Assembly (NCBI RefSeq): GCF_006345805.1 | Contig: NC_043024.1 | Coordinates: 3,844,001 to 3,908,000, forward strand | DNA from: Octopus sinensis | Lineage: Eukaryota | Direction: 5' to 3' | DNA length: 64,000 bases | In this document: in pieces, positions 61,143-64,000 of the stretch | Position numbering within the stretch: position 1 is the first letter of the stretch | How the letters are laid out: each line of letters starts with the position of its first letter | Position numbers and translations under genes: made by a program | Notes under the pieces: generated by a model | The model's database searches: none | What the model saw: only the letters and a program-made list of their open reading frames with translations | What the model was told of the DNA's origin: nothing

Positions 61143-61486
61143 GTAAGAGTATCATTGTTACTACTACTACCACTACTACTACTAATGGCCTCTGTGTGTG
61201 TGGCTGCATTGTTACCACTGCTTCCGTTTCTAGCAGAATCTCCGTGGCCATTAAGAACTTCACATCAATTTCCTTATCTTTTCAGGGAGAAGCTGTCCGC
61301 ATGGCTCGCAAAAGTCCCTTATTTTCCTGTCGTGAAGAAATCACTGAACTTTTAGAGTCAAGCAAAAGACTGGAGACATCTGAATGTCTCCACAGCCGAC
61401 CGTTCTTTCAGAAGCTTTACGATATCAGTTCCTTACCGTTTTCTCAAACAACCTTTGGAGGAGAAAGCCAATTATTCCCAAAGTAA
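39008..61486 (+). CDS. PMS1: PMS1 homolog, mismatch repair MutL-family protein (whole spliced gene span, 17 coding exons, 962 aa)
   Basis: Hand-spliced exons give a continuous 2889-nt ORF with GT-AG introns and matching phases. Motifs: [52 protein letters not shown] box ([10 protein letters not shown]...W..L...EKSRYE), [28 protein letters not shown]. These match the vertebrate PMS1 layout, not PMS2 or MLH1. Confidence 0.96.
39732..39872. repeat. 42-bp tandem repeat x3.3 inside a SINE-B-like head in PMS1 intron 1
   Basis: GCCTCCATGAGGCCCAACGCTCAAAAGGAACTCAACCACTTT starts at 39732, 39774, 39816 and (partial) 39858. Confidence 0.93.
40191..40350 (+). CDS. PMS1: PMS1 exon 2 ([17 protein letters not shown]...TSK...YGFRGEAL)
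   Basis: Polypyrimidine tract plus cag acceptor, gtaagt donor, GHKL G1/G2 motifs; missed by the ORF track. Confidence 0.95.
40822..41200 (-). mobile_element. SINE family A, PMS1 intron 2
   Basis: Reverse-complement full copy. Confidence 0.85.
41839..41964 (+). CDS. PMS1: PMS1 exon 3 ([15 protein letters not shown]...ITPCSSNEG)
   Basis: aacag acceptor, gtaagt donor, phase 1/1, continues the GHKL fold. Confidence 0.92.
42608..42888 (+). CDS. PMS1: PMS1 exon 4 ([19 protein letters not shown]...DEEHQ)
   Basis: ttcag acceptor, gtaaaa donor, GT-x-V/LFxNLPVR motif. Confidence 0.95.
44402..44524 (+). CDS. PMS1: PMS1 exon 5 (ISLEMFLP...[16 protein letters not shown])
   Basis: ttag acceptor, gtac donor, INxRPV transducer-domain motif, phase 0/0. 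Confidence 0.93.
44870..45660 (-). mobile_element. Two SINE family C copies ((GAT)n tail, GGAAGGGCATCCAGC core), PMS1 intron 5
   Basis: Homologous to copies near 6367, 41350, 47210, 53625, 58005, 59570, 61628 and 62970. Confidence 0.8.
45798..45938 (+). CDS. PMS1: PMS1 exon 6 (VVRQYYC...YPLF...[18 protein letters not shown])
   Basis: tacag acceptor, gtagg donor, MutL DVNxxPxK motif. Confidence 0.95.
46002..46394 (+). mobile_element. SINE family A, PMS1 intron 6
   Basis: Full copy; inverted relative to 47488-47881. Confidence 0.88.
46400..47160 (+). mobile_element. maT/DD37D Tc1-mariner transposase remnant split by a SINE B insertion (46576-46808, TSD GTTGTTG)
   Basis: [16 protein letters not shown] / [14 protein letters not shown]-...[13 protein letters not shown]; 37 residues between the second and third catalytic D. 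Confidence 0.85.
47488..47881 (-). mobile_element. SINE family A, PMS1 intron 6
   Basis: Reverse-complement full copy. Confidence 0.88.
48015..48294 (+). CDS. PMS1: PMS1 exon 7 ([16 protein letters not shown]... start of linker)
   Basis: tttcag acceptor, gtaagt donor, open frame, phase 0/1. Confidence 0.88.
48325..49460 (-). mobile_element. SINE family A whose internal microsatellite has expanded to about 720 bp of (TA/CA)
   Basis: 3' half at 48325-48545, 5' half at 49277-49460, TA-rich tract between them. Confidence 0.85.
49688..49945 (+). mobile_element. Second DD37D transposase fragment
   Basis: Near-identical to 46870-47120. Confidence 0.8.
50024..50494 (+). mobile_element. 5'-truncated RTE-clade LINE 3' end with a (TGA)n tail, PMS1 intron 7
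   Basis: [38 protein letters not shown]...FAGHC. Confidence 0.88.
50565..50935 (+). CDS. PMS1: PMS1 exon 8 (low-complexity linker ending ...[18 protein letters not shown])
   Basis: tttag acceptor, gtac donor, conserved PMS1 WSRG motif, phase 1/0. Confidence 0.88.
52736..52876 (+). CDS. PMS1: PMS1 exon 9 (PVRLLSP...KKPFLPK)
   Basis: cttag acceptor, gtaagt donor; PVRLL resembles the segment that follows WSRG in vertebrate PMS1. Confidence 0.87.
52985..53390 (+). mobile_element. SINE family A, PMS1 intron 9
   Basis: Full copy. Confidence 0.88.
54169..54268 (+). CDS. PMS1: PMS1 exon 10 ([33 protein letters not shown]; HMG box start)
   Basis: tttag acceptor, gtgagt donor, HMG-box PxxAF motif; missed by the ORF track. 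Confidence 0.92.
54518..54641 (+). CDS. PMS1: PMS1 exon 11 (HMG box helices 2-3: ...[26 protein letters not shown])
   Basis: ttcag acceptor, gttggg donor, W..L...EK..YE signature. Confidence 0.92.
55034..55085 (+). CDS. PMS1: PMS1 exon 12 ([18 protein letters not shown]; end of HMG box)
   Basis: ttccag acceptor, gttggt donor, completes D..RY..QM, phase 2/0. Confidence 0.88.
55611..55912 (+). mobile_element. RTE LINE 3' end with an inverted 5' piece encoding the RT FADD motif
   Basis: 55645-55912 matches 50211-50480; 55611-55650 on the minus strand reads [15 protein letters not shown]. Confidence 0.78.
55925..56332 (-). mobile_element. SINE family A, PMS1 intron 12
   Basis: Reverse-complement full copy. 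Confidence 0.88.
56480..56625 (+). CDS. PMS1: PMS1 exon 13 ([11 protein letters not shown]...[19 protein letters not shown])
   Basis: IPFSLKTLK matches the PMS1 IPFSMKNLK segment. Acceptor chosen for phase (aaag at 56479); an in-frame AG at 56485 is also possible. Confidence 0.82.
57224..57418 (+). CDS. PMS1: PMS1 exon 14 (...[30 protein letters not shown]...)
   Basis: ttcag acceptor, gtaag donor; LLNPxRxxE replaces the DQHA motif, as in PMS1. Confidence 0.93.
57766..57884. repeat. Small foldback with perfect 33-bp inverted arms
   Basis: TGTGACAATTATTCGGTAGCCAAGATAAAACTC / GAGTTTTATCTTGGCTACCGAATAATTGTCACA. Confidence 0.9.
58396..58532 (+). CDS. PMS1: PMS1 exon 15 (...[18 protein letters not shown])
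   Basis: tgtag acceptor, gtttgt donor, DxRxxANGF motif. Confidence 0.92.
59360..59529 (+). CDS. PMS1: PMS1 exon 16 (...[16 protein letters not shown]...[11 protein letters not shown])
   Basis: tttcag acceptor, gtatgt donor, PxYGxxDLxE and RPxKxxxYL motifs. Confidence 0.94.
60389..61020. mobile_element. Tail-to-tail inverted pair of SINE A copies, PMS1 intron 16
   Basis: + copy 60389-60665, - copy 60667-61020. Confidence 0.85.
61286..61486 (+). CDS. PMS1: PMS1 exon 17, last coding exon ([11 protein letters not shown]...[12 protein letters not shown]...FPK*)
   Basis: ttcag acceptor, GEAVR and C.H.RPFF motifs, TAA at 61484-61486. Confidence 0.94.
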   Translation, partial: GEAVRMARKSPLFSCREEITELLESSKRLETSECLHSRPFFQKLYDISSLPFSQTTFGGESQLFPK

Positions 61487-61516
61487 TTTTGTTACAGTAA
61501 ATTTTAAAATAACCGG

Positions 61517-61522
61517 AATAAA
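61517..61522 (+). promoter_or_regulatory. Candidate PMS1 polyadenylation signal AATAAA
   Basis: First AATAAA, 30 nt after the stop, followed by U/GU-rich sequence; further AATAAA at 61901 and 61972. Confidence 0.45.
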
Positions 61523-61999
61523 CTGGTTGGTTTTTTTTTTCTATTTTTTTTTTAATTGTGCCTTTTAGTTGTTTCATTTTATAATTACAAATCCTTAACT
61601 GGTTCAAGTTTTGCTAAAACTGAAACATCATAGTCGTTTAACGTCCGTTTTCCATGCTGGCATGGGTTGGACGGTTCAACTGAGATCTGGGAAGTCAGAA
61701 GGCTGCACCAAGCTCCAGTCTGATCTGGCAGTGTTTCTACAGCTGGATGCCCTTCCTAATGCCAACCACTCCAAGAGTGTAGTGGATATATATATAAAAC
61801 AGACGTTAAACGATGATGATGATATATATATATATATATAGATGGATAGATTGGTGTATACATGTGTTTATGTACCCTTGTATGACGTCACAATAATGTG
61901 AATAAATATGGATTACATTTGACAGAGTAATCGGAATGGTGAAGGGTTAAACAAACAGCTACAGGAAAGACAAATAAACAAAAGGAAAAAGAAAAAATA

Positions 62000-62155
62000 T
62001 ATTTTAAACTATGTATTTATTATCTAAAATGTTTCTCATTTATTACACAAAACAAAAAAAAAAAAAAGACTCCATGGCAACAACAAAGGTTCGTCTTCAT
62101 CGGCCCATCCAACATTGTTTTTCACCTCGGCTAAAACAATATACCACAAGAAAGA
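62000..62155 (-). other. NDUFAB1: Candidate non-coding terminal (3' UTR) exon of NDUFAB1
   Basis: Strong minus-strand acceptor ctctttcttttgcag ending at 62156; donor aag/gtaaga at 63796; minus-strand AATAAA at 62039-62044 and 62016-62021. The 3' end is approximate. Confidence 0.6.
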
Positions 62156-62209
62156 CTGCAAAAGAAAGAGAGAACACTGTAGTAAGAAATAGACACATAC
62201 ATAACCTCA

Positions 62210-63720
62210 GGCGGCGAGGAGCTGGCAGAAACGTTAGCACGGCGGGCGAAATGCGTAGCCGTATTTTGTCTGCCGTTACGTTCTGAGTTCAAATTCCGCC
62301 GAGGTCGACTTTGCCTTTCATCCTTTTGGGGTCGATAAATTAAGTACCAGTTACGCACTGGGGTCGATGTAATCTACTTAATCCGTTTGTCTGTCCTTGT
62401 TTGTCCCCTCTGTGTTTAGCCCCTTGTGGGTAATAAAGAAGAGGTATTTTGTCTGCCGTTACGTTCTGAGTTCAAATTCTGCCGAGGTCGACTTTGCCTT
62501 TCATCTTTTCTAGCATGTTAACGATTCTACCAGTTCACTTCATAATAATAATAATCCTTTCTACTATAGGCGCAAGGCCTGAAATTTGGTAGAGCAGGGG
62601 ACTAGATGATTACATCAACCCCAGTGTGCAATAAATAAGTACCAGTTACGACGTAATCCGTCTGTCTGTCCTTGTTTGTCTCCTTTGTGTTTAGCCCCTT
62701 GTGGGTAGTAAAGAAATAGATACATACATAACCTGCTTTGGGGGAGTGGACTAGTTGATTACATCAACCCCAGTACACAACTGGTACTTAATTCATTGAC
62801 CCCCAAAAGGATGAAAGGTAAATTTGGACCCAGAACATAAAGACAGCTGAAATACCTCTAAGCATTTCGTCCAGCATGCTAACGATTCTGCCAGTTCACT
62901 GCCTTAATAATGATAATAAAAATAATAATAATCCTTTCTACTATAGGCGCAAGGCCTGAAATTTGGTGGAGTGCCGCCTTGACTGGCTTCCGTGCTGGTG
63001 GCACGTTAAAAGCACCAACCGATCATGGCCGCTGGCAGACTCACCTATGCCGGTGGCATGTAAAAAGCACCCACTACACTCATGGAGTGGTTGGCGTTGG
63101 GAAGGGCATCCAGCTGTAGAAACACTGCCAGATCAGATTGGAGCCTGGTGCAGTCTCCTGGCTTCCCAGACCCCCGGTCGAACCGTCCAACCCGTGCTAG
63201 CATGGAAAGCGGACGCTAAACGATGATGATGCTGATGATGAAGGGGACTAGACGATTACATCAACCCCAGTGCATAACTGGTACTTAAGTTATAGACCCC
63301 AAAAGGATGAAAGGCAAAGTCGACCTCAGCTGGATTAGAACTCAGAACATAATAATAATAATCCTTTCTACTATAGACGCAAGGCCTGAAATTTGGTGGA
63401 GAAGAGGACTAGACGAATACATCAACCCCAGTGTTTCACTGGTACTTAATTTATTGACCCTGAAAGGATGAAAGGCAAAGTCGACCTCAGCACATAAAGA
63501 TGGATGAAATACGTATTTCTTTACTACCCACAAGGGGCTAAACAAGGACAGACAAAGGGATTAAGTTGATTACGTCGACCCCAGTGCGTAACTGGTACTT
63601 ATTTAATCGACCCCAAAAGGACGAAAGGCAAAGTCGACCTCAGCTGGATTTGAACTCAGAACGTAAAGATGGATGGAGATAGCGGTTAATATTTTGTCCA
63701 GCGTGCTAACGATTCTGCGA
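62210..63720. mobile_element. Cluster of SINE B and SINE C copies filling the candidate NDUFAB1 3'-UTR intron
   Basis: B-type cores at about 62210-62480 (+) and 63240-63720 (-), C-type at about 62970-63240 (+). Confidence 0.8.
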
Positions 63721-63822
63721 TTCCGCCATCTAGCCTCCCTCCCTTAACAGAGAAAGGAATTAACAACAATGACGACAAGAAGAACATTATTCTTACCTTA
63801 CTGACGCTATCGTATCGTATCG

Positions 63823-63999
<177 letters not shown>

Positions 64000-64000
64000 C

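Noticed and set aside
62098-62155. Coding interpretation of the minus-strand exon (FLVVYCFSRGEKQCWMGR* or GWADEDEPLL)
   Set aside because: Better explained as the NDUFAB1 3'-UTR exon, since the upstream exon already contains the stop

Overview
AT-rich, microsatellite- and SINE-dense animal genomic DNA. The repeat landscape suggests an octopus or other cephalopod (inference only). There is one 100-N assembly gap at 24553-24652. The right 25 kb holds a complete 17-coding-exon PMS1 mismatch-repair gene (+, 39008-61486). I spliced it by hand: all introns are GT-AG with consistent phases, giving 2889 nt and 962 aa with a GHKL ATPase domain, an HMG box and a C-terminal domain lacking the DQHA endonuclease motif. 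It lies tail-to-tail with the 3' end of mitochondrial acyl carrier protein NDUFAB1 (-), which appears to have an intron in its 3' UTR. The left 38 kb has no identifiable host gene. It is a transposon graveyard: CR1, RTE, R4-like and Penelope-like retroelements, a decayed Helitron plus two non-autonomous Helitrons, mariner, hAT and Tc1 MITEs, and several SINE families. The most notable signal is a set of about ten type I hammerhead-ribozyme motifs from several unrelated sequence families between 5 and 32 kb. Several sit back-to-back in palindromes, and some carry recurrent non-canonical cores. Most short ORFs in the supplied track are microsatellite or repeat artefacts.
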